Assembly (NCBI GenBank): GCA_029953675.1
Contig: JAMWBK010000009.1
Location: forward strand, 806,001-870,000
DNA length: 64,000 bases
Source of the DNA: Rhodosorus marinus CCMP1338
Taxonomy: Eukaryota > Plantae > Rhodophyta
Direction: 5' to 3'
This document shows, one piece after another, positions 24,110-36,444 of the stretch. Every line of letters starts with the position of its first letter. Position 1 is the stretch's first letter. A program made the position numbers and the translations under genes. The notes under the pieces were generated by a model. The model was not told where the DNA came from. It did not search any database and saw only the letters and a program-made list of their open reading frames with translations.

Positions 24110-24545
24110 AGCTGCTTCGTGGCCTATATTGAGGGGTTCACAGGGTACCTTTTATTGCTCTATGTATTCTATTTCATAGGCTACAGCTTTTCCAAACCCA
24201 TCTCACACCGGAGAGAATGCTACTGCAACCTCTCGGGCTTTTTTTCCCGATCGAAGGGGAGGAGATGTCAGCCGGCCGTGAGATAGGTTTGTGGTATGGT
24301 TATCAGAGCTGCTTCCTTGCTTACGTGGAGGGGTTCAGAGGTGGATTGAATATTGTTTGTATTCTGTTTCACAGCCAGCAACTTTTACAAACCGCGTCTT
24401 TCAGCAGTTGCAATCTCTCGTGATCTTCATCAGGAGAAGCTAAAACCCTAGGACGCCCGACGTCGTGGTCGGTTGTGAATATTGGGAGAGCTGCTTCATG
24501 GCTTGAGTTGACGGGTTAGACGGATCCTTGCTGTTTCACAGCGGA
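24110..24545 (+). repeat. Three degenerate tandem copies of a ~190-nt unit
   Basis: AGCTGCTTC at 24110, 24307, 24489; shared GA(G/C)GGGTT, CT(A/G)TTTCA(T/C)AG, CAAACC blocks. Confidence 0.8.
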
Positions 24546-25320
24546 CAGACTGTAACAACTCTCTCAGGGTCTCATCGAGGCAAACCGTGCAGGACAGAAC
24601 TATCTCATGGGCTCGATGTGTCTCGTTCGGGTTGAGTACTGCGTTGAGCGCGTGGGTTGGATCGGGAAATTCTTCGTTCTTTAGCTGCACTCTGCATTCC
24701 GGACCAGAGAAGTAGGCCACTGCGGAAGCAAACTCGATCAACCGCATCGCGCGGGTTTCGGTGTTGGACCACGACCTGCAACCCTTGGATGAGCTGTAGG
24801 TTTGAGAGAAAGGCCGCTTCCGTTACTTTTCCTTTAATACGTTGCCTTCAGATCCCATACGGCTCTTTTCTAGCTCGCCGTTTTCAGACTGAGCAAAAGC
24901 GCTCAAAAGCCAGAGCCACGATCATCTTTAGCAAGCTATTCTGTCTTGTAGAGCGATTCCAAGTGGTCGGCAACAACAACCAATTCGCAGGTGTCGCAAT
25001 CTCCACGCCTTAGTAGGGAAGAGTGCTTACAGCGGGCAGCAACAACGAACTGGTTCGATTGCGACTCTCCTTGTTCTCAGGTCGGTTTGGGAAAACCAGC
25101 AACTCGCTTCTCTTCCTTAAAAGCGGTCATTGCGAAAAAATTATATATGTCCATGCCATCCTGAAAACCGCTGCTCTCCGCGAAGCCACGAAAGAACCCC
25201 AGACAGAGCACTGGTTTTGAAAAGGAGGATCCAGAATAGCTCAAGTCGGTACGTTGTCACATACGGATTTCGGCTCTTCATCCCCTGAAGGCGATCTGAA
25301 ACGGAAGGTTCAAACATCCT

Positions 25321-27169
25321 TCACGACTCTTTTTGACGTTTTGCGCGCTCTTCAGCGATCCTCTCAGTGTCCTTTGTCGCTTGGGAAAAAGCGTTCTTTA
25401 AATCAATCCTGGTGACAATCTCCTCCATCCACGGCGCCTTGAACACGTCCTTTCTTCGTTCCTCTCCGTCGAGCGACTTCGATGGCGCAAATCGACCAGC
25501 CTTCTCGTCCTTCGTCTTCAGCATCACAAGGGAGTTAATGACTCCGTTCGGATCGTTAGCGAAATTCTCAAATAGCTCAAGCCTTCTTCTGTGCAGGGAG
25601 ACTTGTTCCAAGTATTCATAACTCTTGTTACGGTATTGCATAATCACACCTAAGTGGAGTTGAGAACAGACGAAAAATATCGCTTGAGCGGACGTTTGTG
25701 GACAAAACATAAGAGCCAAAGGCAGAAGCGAGTGTACCCTGCTCAGTATCGCTCATTCCCTTACTGGCCAGGGCATCCACTGGGCTCCTTGAGTTCTCCA
25801 CAACGTAGGTTTTTATATTCACAGCTGTAACGTCCTCAAGTTCATCACTGGATCACGGCGGAAGAAGTTGGATTTTAGAGAGCGCTTTCCAAATGTCATG
25901 GGACACGACGCCAGACTCTTCAGCTTTCGTACCTCGACTCATTGATCTTATGGGACAACTCAATTGGCTCAATTCGAAGGAGATTCGACTTTACCTCCGC
26001 CAAGAAATCCATAGCCGTTACCGTTTCCACGGTTTCATTAACAGCCATAAGTTTCCTGAGTGCAAAGGAGCGCGAACGCTCTCTATTCAGATCGACGCCT
26101 GTCCCGTGCAGGATATGGTCAAGGACGGAAATCTAACAAACCTCAAGTTGTCATCAAGTTTGACACTGTCCCCTGCGGAGCTCGAAACCATCAGGTTATG
26201 CTCCTCAACGTACTTCCATGCTTTGGCGAAGGTGTCCTTCTTCGATGCCGTTTCGTACTTAAGTGGTACTATGGTTTTCAATTCTTGCGTCAATTGGAAC
26301 CTACGGATACTGCCTGATTCAGACCTATTTCTTTCCTAGAAGAGTTGAGAGAGGAGCTTCACTTTCACCGATTCGCAGAAGGGCATACCTTTCAGGCACG
26401 TTTTCGATCTCAATAATGATTCTCGCCATCGTAGGTTCCGTGAACGGCTTCGTCAGCTCCAAAGCGTCAAAGGGATGCTGGTCTGCTGCTTTGTTCCACT
26501 CAACGAGGTTCTCCTCCACATAGAGGTTCTCATCGAGCTCCACGATTACTCTCCTGAGAAAGTGTGATAGTCTGCTCTGGTTTCCACCACGAAGGAGTGA
26601 CTTTTGAGCGGAGGCCAGACCAGACTCTGCTCCGTCTTCGTCTTCAACTAGGTATCCCTGGATGAGAAGGCTGAAGGAGGGGGTCACGTGCTGCATATTC
26701 TGGTATGAATGAACATGAAAATCGTTGATAAACGTCAGAACATTGGAAAAGCGGAGGTTTGGTGGTCATTGGATTGATCGCTGGGACATACAGAGTGATG
26801 AATTGTGCTGGAAATGACTAGTTGGAGGACTTTTTCGAATATTGGCCCTGCATCTGAAACGGCTTCCTTAGCATCCTCTAGCTTTCGGGCGATCCTCTCG
26901 TCCAAATCCGCATGAGCGTCCATGACCTTTGCAAACAGCTCGTTATTCTGAATCAACGCTTCCTCCGACCGATAAGCATTGTTCATGTTCACCATGTGCC
27001 CAGGAGCAACGACATCGCCAGGTCCAGAATGCGCGGCCGCCTGAGCTGCTTCCGCCTTCTCAGCCCGCAACGCAGCCGCTTTCCTAGCAGACGCCCCAGT
27101 ACCAGTCTTAGAACCAGGCGGACGCCCACGCTTCCTCTTTACAGGCACCTCGCCACCCTCACCACTCAT
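25321..27169 (-). CDS. SMARCD: SWI/SNF BAF60/SWP73 subunit (SWIB/MDM2 domain) with N-terminal AT-hook, multi-exon
   Basis: KRKRGRPPGS, ELFAKVMDAHADLDERIARK, FSHFLRRVIVELD-like, WKYVEEHNL, HRRRLELFENFANDPNGVINSLV, FKAPWMEE. Confidence 0.93.
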
Positions 27170-27627
27170 CCTTTCAGGTTACCTCTCATCTACAGCCATC
27201 TACCAAACAAAACGACTAAAGGACGTTTGAAAAACCCTCTCTGGCTGTCCAGATCGACTTGCATTAGCCTTCTTTCTGACCATATCTTTGACTGTCCCTT
27301 CCAAAAATCTAAGCTTTTTCTAACCCCCAAAGGTACATCACACATTGTCTTCCTCCCCAGCGCTTGAATTCCGTTCTTCTTCCTTCACACGAAATCCTTC
27401 AGAATCTATTCGCTCAGACCCGATATAGATGTTTTCCCGCCAAAACATATGGACGGGTGTGGCGTGCCAGTGAGGGGGGGATTCGGTCGACGGTGTCGGT
27501 GGGTAAGCAAGACTTCCCAACTGGCATCGAAGAAAAATTACAGTCTATGTCCACAGTTAGTAGCTACGCAAGGAGAAAAGATTTTTGGCAAAGATTTTCG
27601 ATCAATGCAATGGGTGTCTTCCCTCTG

Positions 27628-28010
27628 CTAATCGTGGCACCTGAACTTGAACTGGATCCTGCAGTAGGGCTGCGTCAGGGGCGCGTGCAGCGGTGGCAGG
27701 CCGGCAGCTATCGAGAGGCAAGGTAGCGACTGCGTTGTTATTGCTACGATTTTAGTCTTTTCAGGATGTAGATCCATGAGCGGCTGCCCCCAAAGCGGGA
27801 TCGAGACGGTGGTCACGTCCTCTCTGGAAACCTTTGAGGCTATGATCTTCCGCCCGTGTTGGAGGGCGGTGCGAGAGAGCGACTGAATGGATGGCGAGCC
27901 AGGCAACAGTGCTTGCGTTCAATAGAGAGCAGTTGCATACAAGCGGTTGAGCAGTTCAGGGGGTTAACGGTTGACATATAAAGGCGACTGTATCATAGTG
28001 ATGCAGGAGG
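27628..28010 (-). mobile_element. Degenerate non-LTR or group II-like reverse transcriptase relic
   Basis: In order: SGVS..SPLYVN (GVPQG..SP-like), frameshifted H-AED (YADD-like), SREDV...LHPEKTKIV (thumb motif). Confidence 0.35.
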
Positions 28011-28420
28011 AAACGCCGGAGGAGCAGTTCGAATTGGGGCTGTGGTGTATCAACATGGAAAAGTGAGGGGGAAGATATGATAATCTCCGGCCCCGTACGA
28101 GCGGTTTAAGTTGAAGAGTATTTAATTGGTTGAAAAGAGGATCTCATCTCGCGGCGTAGCCTTTCTCTTCGAGGCTCCTGCTCAGGAGCCCGGATTGCTC
28201 AGAAGTGGACAAATTGGCCACTATCAAGAGGCTATCCGGACAGAGGAACCAGAATTCTAATTCAGTCCACACGTAGCTTGGGTTCGTTGTGAACAGCGTC
28301 TGTATCAGACAAGGCGGACACATGTATTGGCTGCTCGACGCTCAAGTTGTGTTGCTCGATGAGGGGGCGCTGCGGGTTATCAAAATTCCTCTCTTCCTCC
28401 AAGCCCGGTCTACACGGGAT

Positions 28421-29826
28421 CTAGGGGTGCAACCCATCTTCTCCTCTTTCACGTATCCAGTCAGCAGCCCCGGATTGTCTCGGACGCAATCTTTCCTTTG
28501 TGCTTGAGTTTTGCTCTTTCAAAAGCTCGAATCGCTCGCGCTCCTGCCTCAGTAGCTCCCAATCACGATTCTTCCTACTCAACCTATTCAGCTGTATAGT
28601 CCATCCGTTTATCAACAGCAGAATATTGGGTCAGATTGATAGTAAAAGAGACGGTCACAGAAAACAACTTCCGCTGTACACAAGCATACGCGCGTTCGCC
28701 CAACACTCACCTTCTCCATGTTGGCTGATGCAATCAACTCTGCGAATCGTTCCTCATCAAAGAAACTCCTCCGTCCTAGCGTTTCTTCGTAGTTTGCAGT
28801 GTACCGCCTTGCAACGTCAGATACTCCGTGCTGCCCGAACGCGGCTACGTAGTTTAGCTTCTTGCCTGTCACGAATAGGTCCATTCAGTTCGATTGTGTG
28901 ATTTTGTAAGTAGCGTTTCCTGCGCATACCCCATCCTTTCTCGTACAACAAAGGCTTATCGATAACGTTTTCGCAGGGGTCTGCATGCAACCACCTCTCT
29001 TCTTTAGCCGACCAAACCTCAGTCCAGACGTGGTCAGTCCAGTCTACCACCAGCCTAGCGTCTAATCCTACGGCACAGCAGCAGAGAGTGAAGCAGTTCG
29101 CCCATTCTCCACATCGTCCTTGCCGACAATTCAGAGTTGCACGCAACACACCTTTGAACAAGCTCGTCAAGCCACATAAAGTGCTTCCACAGCGGTTTTT
29201 AAAAATGCCTTACCCTTTCTCGAAGCCAGAAGCTGCACTGGATCATTGTATCTAGGAAATCGCCGAACTACCGCACAGTCGTCGCAGCCGTGAAGCTCTA
29301 CGCGACCTATTAGTTTGAGGAACGCTCCGACTCCGATCGGTCAGGCTGGGAGAAAGGTGGAAGTCGAGATCAGGACAGCTTCAACTTGCCTGCGGATTTC
29401 AGCCTTTCATACGCTTCCGGTTCAGCGGCTCCCGTTCTGTGTGTCTTCTTCCCACACCCCAAGCAGTCCAAAGTGTCAACCCACTCGAAGAAATCTTCCT
29501 TAAACCATCTGAGCAAGGATTTGGTGAGCGCTGCTTCCGGACATCGTCCAACAAGCTCCCGGGATTCCTCATCAGAATCCTTCAGTTCTCCTCTAAGCCC
29601 CCCAAGAGCTGCCTCCTGAACCTCCAAAATCGGAATCACCTTCAGCGCGGCCTCCTGGGCTTCAGCTTTTTCATACGAATCCGCTCTCTTACTGTAGCTT
29701 CGCAGCTGATTCTCCAAGTCCTCTCACACCGAAAAGATCACCATAGCAAACGGATTTTCAGCATCATTTTGAAAGACCATAGCACAGAATCCAGTCCATT
29801 ACCTTAGCCTCGTTGCTTATCACCAT
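28421..29826 (-). CDS. NGLY1: Peptide:N-glycanase (PNGase), multi-exon
   Basis: [78 protein letters not shown]. Confidence 0.95.
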
Positions 29827-31017
29827 CTTCGAACACTCTTCAGAAGGAACAGAGTATCTTAGTGAGCATATCAAGCAGCCTGGCTGGTCTTTCAGGCTCA
29901 ACAGCTCTAGTCCACAGGATATTTCCAAGTTCCACTCTGGATGAGGTCACATCGAAATCAAAGCCACCTCCTCCGAAACTCGCGCTGCTCGTGTTGAAGG
30001 AAGCTCTCGTCCCCTTTCCTTCTATAGCTTCGCATTTGGTCCGCAAGAAAGAGCTCCGTGTGCCGCTCCCCAAGCAAGTCGAATTCTTGACGCTTACACT
30101 CTAACCCCATGATTGGGTGACGGAAATCCAATCCGAATAGAGAGCCTATTCAATACCCTGTTCCATTGGATTAAAACCGTACACACTAGCTCGAACATTG
30201 GCTAAAAATATTTCCTTCAACCAATTATTTTGTTCTAAAGGATGTCCTCACCAATGACACTCTGTTGGAACTCCTTTCCATTAAACTTCAAATAGATATG
30301 CATTTGGATTCAGAATGTTTGGAAAAAGTACCGAAATAAAAAGCCGGGCGAGATCCTCTTCAGTCAATATTACTTGAAATTGACTAGACTTAGAGCTTGC
30401 TTTTTCAGATGATACATTTAACGGTTTTACTTTCACACCGATTAAGCGCTTACGCAGGGGGTAATGCGAACTAGGTACAAGGAACAAATGCGTGCAGGCC
30501 AAGACGGCGGTAGTGATTCCTCGGCTAGCATTCTGCTAGAATATTGCCCTAAAGTGACACTTAACAGGCCTAAGAGTAGAAACGCCACTTTATTTAGTTG
30601 TTTTCATATTTATTTTTTTTTCAGCGACACCAGGTTTGGTAGAGCAAGATCCCATAGAAGCCACTGCAGAATCAGATGCTTCCATATTCTATTCTTCGTC
30701 AAAGAATCGTTATCATTTATGCATCTCGCACATGATGGGTGTCTGAGACGCAGACTCCAATCATGTGTGAGCTAATTTGAAATCAATTCACACTGCCAAC
30801 AAGTTCGTTTCGAAGCCTTTTGGGCTTCCTTCTTACTATTTCTCATCTCTTGGCATCCAAGGCGAACTCATAGCGAGCTCTGACGTATGCAAAAGAACGC
30901 AATGAAGCGCTAGGCTATGTTGAGGCCCGTTATTATGTGCTCTTCGGATCAACGTCTTGATGGCCCACGCCATCCATTTGAAGATGGATGGCAGGTTTAA
31001 GGCACGTACCTACCACG

Positions 31018-34000
31018 CTAGGTGCTGGGGAGAGCCGACGACACCGTATGTTCAAAAGAGCTTATCCCAGACTCTTGGCCTATACATGCGTGCGTGTGGC
31101 ACCCTCGATCACGCGCACTCTCAACTGGAAGGTGACAACAACCGTGAAAAACCTCTGGTGAATATCCGAACGACAAAGTTAAAACAAATGATCTCGCCTC
31201 CATTTCATTCGATGCTTAGTTGGCCTGCCCTCTACACTGGTTTGCGAACAAGTTGGTCCAATTCATTCATGCCGTGACCGACGTCTTCTGACAGCATCTC
31301 CATGCAGATCTCACGTAGTTCGCGCTCGAGCTTCGCATTCGCTACAAGCCTGAACAGTTTTCGTGTTAGGTCGGGTACTCTCGTCGACGCGTTGATCTTC
31401 TCGAAGAGCAAGACGGAGTCTATGCTCTCATGAGGATCATCTAACAGCCTGGACAACACTTCCGCATCGTCTGCTCTGTCCAAAAGTCTCTTCCTATGAA
31501 GGGGTTCCAAGTATTGTTCAACGGACTTTCACAAGCTACCATCGCCATCCGTTTACAGTTTGTCGAGTAGCCTGACTCACCATAACTCTGGGTCGGCTTG
31601 CTCTTTTGCGAACTCGATCGCGCCTTCGACATCCTTACTGTCGTCCAACAGGACCTCAAGCGCCGCGACCAAGTCACCCATTCGCTGAAGCACGAACACT
31701 ATTTCTTTGGAAAAATCCTTTCCTGGTGTTTTTTGCGCCGCAGATTTTATCGTCTCCAACGCGTTCTCCAGCGAGTAGTGCGAGCTTCTGTTCCGTTGAC
31801 AGTCAATCGTGAGTGAGCAATGACCCGCTGCTTTGATAGTCTTATCCTATGCCTCTGAGCACTTACTTCAAAAACCTTATCAAGCTTCCTGGAGAGCCAA
31901 ACGCACAGTAAAGTTCCAAGAGCGCTTTGTGGTGTTGGTTGATATGGTCCGGGTTGATATTAAAAAGGGTGTGGAGGTAGCTGAACAACAGTTTTCGGTC
32001 TCCAATATCCTACGGGACGATTTTCAGGATCGATAGGAGGTGAACTCAGAGTCTTAGCCGCTGGCACACACGCATCCGCCCGCCGACAATACTCACCTCC
32101 AGTATACTAACAACCGCCGTGCTGGGAAGGCTGGAATCTGCCTCCCTCGCGAGCAAGCGCGACGTACTGTTCTCATCTATGCTGTACAGGGTTTGAATGG
32201 ATTCCTTCTCCCGAACCGCCTCGAATAGCTCGTGATTGCTTATGTAGTCGAAAACTCGTGACGACCTGTCTCTAAGAAGCATTCGAAGAGTCTTATCGTG
32301 TCTATGCGAATAATCGTAGAGCACCAGGAGCGCCTCTTTCAAATACTTCTTGTTTTGAGCCGTTTTCAGCTCCGTCTCAACGATCCTTGTAACTGTTGGA
32401 ACGTCAAACACGGACGAGTCCCAGGTTCCTAGCACCTTGACTAGAACCTGACGAAGGCGAGGAAACGTTTTCAGCGTCGTTGAGCGCCCTTCCAAGTGGT
32501 AGTCGTTCCAAAATACCTCTTGGTCTCGCGCAGTCAAGTCAGAAAGAATTCTTGTATACTCCTCCTTCGGGAGCCGCAATGTCTTCAACGGAATTACATC
32601 AACTATAAAAGCCGTTTTCCCCGCTCGAACAAACTGCTTAATCCATTGCGTCCACCTTCGGTTAACAAACAAGGAGGCAGATTGGTCTCAGGATTGGAAT
32701 GCACAGATTCCGGTCTTTGCGTCTATCGGCATGCGTGTGAGTGGTCACCTTTCAATGAGCCTCTTCGTAGAGCTCTCGTTACCAACCCCTTTCGTCGTCT
32801 CTGGGAGGGTAGTTATCTGAAGCACTCTCGGGAGCAAGTCACTTAGTTTCTGCCATTCCTGGGATCCAAGTAAAGAAAGCAGGAATTTTTCTCCGACCAC
32901 CGAGACCTTGTCCTCCATATGAAGCAATGCTGACCGCTCCGTGGACTAAACCATGTGCAAACGTTTTCTTGCCACAAGATCAGTGTTTGCCCGAATAGAT
33001 TCGCGATCCTCGCTGCATTGTTCCGTGCGAGCTTACCCCAACTAAGTCTATTGCTTCCTCGTAGCGCTCTTTTTCAATAAGCCATTCAAGCCTATCACCA
33101 ATGGAACGTGGTTCAGCAGACTTGATCGTTTGGGCTTGATATATGAGAGCCATTGCCTCCGAACCCGGAACCGGAACGATTCCAGCCATCAACCGATCCC
33201 CTAAAAGTCACAAATGGGATAGTTGATAACACCTCAGCTAACGGTAGACGGTACCTAAACATTGCACCGAGATTGAAAAGTGGCCTACCTTCAGACTGAA
33301 TGTCCATGGTTGTGACACGAGAATTGTCGTATACGGATAGGTGGGAGAGCTCAAGTCCACTTGAAAGTTCACTAGCGAGGAGTAAAGCGATCTCATCATC
33401 GCTGAAGTACACACTTCCCAAGAACGGGAAAGCGGAGGCATTCTCCGGAAAGTTTCCCTTGTCTCCTGCACGTACGGATGGGTGATGGCCAGACCACAAA
33501 CGAGCGATACACATAAACCGAAAGATTAATCCAGCGGCAACTCGAAACAGCAAGAGAGTCTCCTCGAACCTCGAAAGATTTGTGGTCTCTGTCCAAAAAC
33601 AACTTACGTGAGAAATGGTTTCTTCCGTAAGAATTCTTCAGGACGACTTTCCGCTTCGACCCTCTATCTGGGTTAACCGTATATGCCTGCAAGAATAGAG
33701 GTGAAACCATGAGGATGCGATCAACTCTAGATGACCAGAAGAAATGGCTAATTGCACTCTTTGGTGCTACTGGTCCGAGTTTTGCAGCTCGAGAAGATCA
33801 AATTACTCAACTTGCTAGCCTAGTGGCAGCTCAAGCACTTGAACTAGATTAGAGGCTTGCAGCTTTGTCTGTGGTGGACTTTTGTCTTGAAATGCTGACC
33901 TTGACAGTATCGTTGCTGGTCAAGCAAAGGCTGTACAACTCATCAGCTGCCGCTTTTCTCATCGAGACGCGAGTTTTGAGTTTCGGACGCATCATTGTTT

Positions 34001-34847
34001 CGGATCCTAACCAAGCGAAGGGTGCATTTCTCGGTTCAGCTTGCGGGACGAGAATTAATTTATGGACATCTGTTTCTCACCTTGTCCAGTAGATCGTACT
34101 GGTTTAGGAACGACGTTGTCTGAATGCATTATCATGCAAACGCCGTAGTTGTTGGTCATGTCGAAAACACGGATGCGTGAAGTTGTTGACCATGCCAATA
34201 GATTTCCTTCCCAGCAGACTGACTGTATTTCGCCCTCACCCTCGCGAAGTGTGCTATGACTTCCTATCAGCCAGCTTGACGTGAAGATCTGCAACTAGAA
34301 TTATGCAGTTCCGCGGACGAAGTAAGACTTCTTTTGTCGAGGCGCCGATTAAAATTGTGGAACATTATGGATTCGCATCGATCTGCTTTTTACGGCCGAT
34401 TCCTTGAATTGACGAATGCGTACGTACCTTTCCGTCAGAACATGCTATCGCAAACCGCTTTCCTTGAGCCGCAGTGTCGATGTGGGGATCTACAGCCACG
34501 CCATTGAGTTTAGAAGATCCTTGTATTCTCGTTCGTATTTCCTGTACTATTGAACTAGCTCCTCTTACAGAACTTGAAACGATCAACATGCGATCATCCC
34601 TATCCACAGACGCGATGACGTCGTCACTGAAGCACCCGCTAGCAAAGCACAAGCCAGTAATTCTTGACTTGTGCAGCGCGAGCAACCGATTTATCTCGTT
34701 GCCGAGAATATCCAGAACAAAAACGTCGCCACGCGTCGTTCCCACTGCTATGAACCTGGTGGAGCAGCTCACACAGGCTACGGACCCGAATTCAACCGGC
34801 AGTTCCCACAAACTCTCCGTGGAGAACGCAGGTTCATCCTCATACAT
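31018..34847 (-). CDS. VPS41: HOPS subunit VPS41, multi-exon
   Basis: EDEP N-terminus, IAVGTTRGDVFVLDILGN, WD40 region, DRLEWLIEKERYEEA, EIVFVLQRMG, AIEFAKEQADPELW clathrin repeat, C-terminal Cys/His remnant. Confidence 0.93.
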
Positions 34848-35179
34848 CGCAACGACCAACGAAAGAGCAGAACCCGAACAGATTCTACCGTACCGAATGC
34901 CCAGCCAGCGCCCTTAGAACGCGGCGTTCAATGAAATGGCATCAATCCATCCCCAATGCAGGCTCAGTTTCTCCTCTCAAAGAGAAGCTCGTTCCTTCAA
35001 TCCCTCAGAAGTGCTCCCTGCGATCCCCTCCGCCTTCAACGAAACGTACTCTCACTGATTCATAAATTTTGGGAAATCAATCTCTGCTCATCCACTCCTC
35101 AGAAAAAGGGACGTTTTCCTCAAGCTCTTCCTCCACCTTCCTAACGCGGTGTTAACACCAAGTCTGTGGATTCAGACAG

Positions 35180-36200
35180 GCTTCTTAAAGTAGCTACTCT
35201 GCTTGATCAGTCCGGCAAGACGATGTACACCAAAGGCTCGTTTTGGTCTTGGTGTCATGAGGCTCAAGACCTTAGGCCTTGATGATTGAGCTGACAAGCC
35301 TGAGCATTGCTCAAGCATTCCTCAGAAAAAGGAAATCTTTTCTCTAGGTCTTGATCCACATTTCTAACATCGTGCCACCCCTCTTAAGTTCATTGACTTT
35401 GATGGACAACCAGAACGGCAGCTTCCCTGCCTTGGTAATTCTTGAGCAACTGCCTTCCGGCCTGGGTTTTGGTGCGATGAGTTTCAAGATCTTAAGCCTT
35501 AGCGTTCTGCGCGGATGAAGTAGCTGAAGAACTGCTCAAGCCGTTTCTCAGAAAGGAACGATTGTCTCTAGTCATTCCGGTGATGTACAGCGGGCTCCCT
35601 GAAATAGCTTTCTACGTCCTGGTGGTTTCTGTGCGCGCTAAGATCTATATCCTTGAGTCTTCGCCGCAGCCCTTCTGCGCAAGAAGATCTGACCTTGAGT
35701 CTTCGCCGTGGTGATTCTGAGCAAAACGTTCTCACCTTGAGTCTTTCGCCGTGGCCATTCTGTGCATTGAAGATCTTAAGTCGTGATTCGACTTGTGTTC
35801 CGCTGATCGTGGCGCTTGAAGATCTGTTGCCATTTCTTATTGACGATTTGATCTGAAGGATCTCACTGGGGAACGACTGCCCGAGCAAGAAGTTCTGACC
35901 CTGAGTCTTCGCTGTGGTCATTCTGCGCAAAGAAGACCCGAGCTTGTGAATCCGTCTTTGATTTTGTTGATAATGCTTCTCTTGGCTTTTCTTTGAGAAG
36001 CATTTGCACTGAAGGATCTCACTGGGTAACGACTTTTTGTCTTTGGTGTGGGGGGCCTGAGGCGGCTAAGGATCTGACGAGGAGCTCTTGCGGCTTTGCT
36101 TTGGGCTCTCGAAGCTTGAAGACCTAAGGTTTTGTTGTTTATGAGCTTGGGAGATCTGCATGGTCAACTGTGCTAAAGGATCTCGCTGATCACCGACGAT
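35180..36200. repeat. Degenerate repeat-rich region with a 42-bp minisatellite core
   Basis: CCTTGAGTCTT(T)CGCCG at 35651, 35693, 35735 and a variant at ~35899; CTGAAGGATCTCACTGGG(G/T)AACGACT at 35853 and 36009. Confidence 0.8.
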
Positions 36201-36444
36201 TGTCTTTGGATTGGGTTCAGAGGATGCTAGCGGTCTAGCTGAAGAACTTTTGGGACTACCTTCTCAAGCTTAGAGATCTTTGTCCCATTCCAGCCAAGAA
36301 TTGGGCTTTTAGATCGTTTGTTGGCATTGGGGCAAAATGGCGTTTGTTGGGTTTGATGTGTTCGGAGCTATTGAGTTTGGTCAGCCACGATCTTCTTGTA
36401 CACGGACCCGTAGACGTCCACAGCATGTTCTGAGATCGAATCCG

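Noticed and set aside
24297-24310. TGGTTATCAGAGC resembling a tRNA-iMet primer binding site
   Set aside because: It has an extra base, no adjacent LTR end, and the other repeat copies lack it
29720-29760. Apparent in-frame TGA upstream of the PNGase ORF
   Set aside because: Explained by an intron joining MVISNEAK to DLENQL
35651-35780. Regularly spaced repeats as a possible CRISPR array
   Set aside because: Units are contiguous with no unique spacers, no cas genes are present, and the context is eukaryotic
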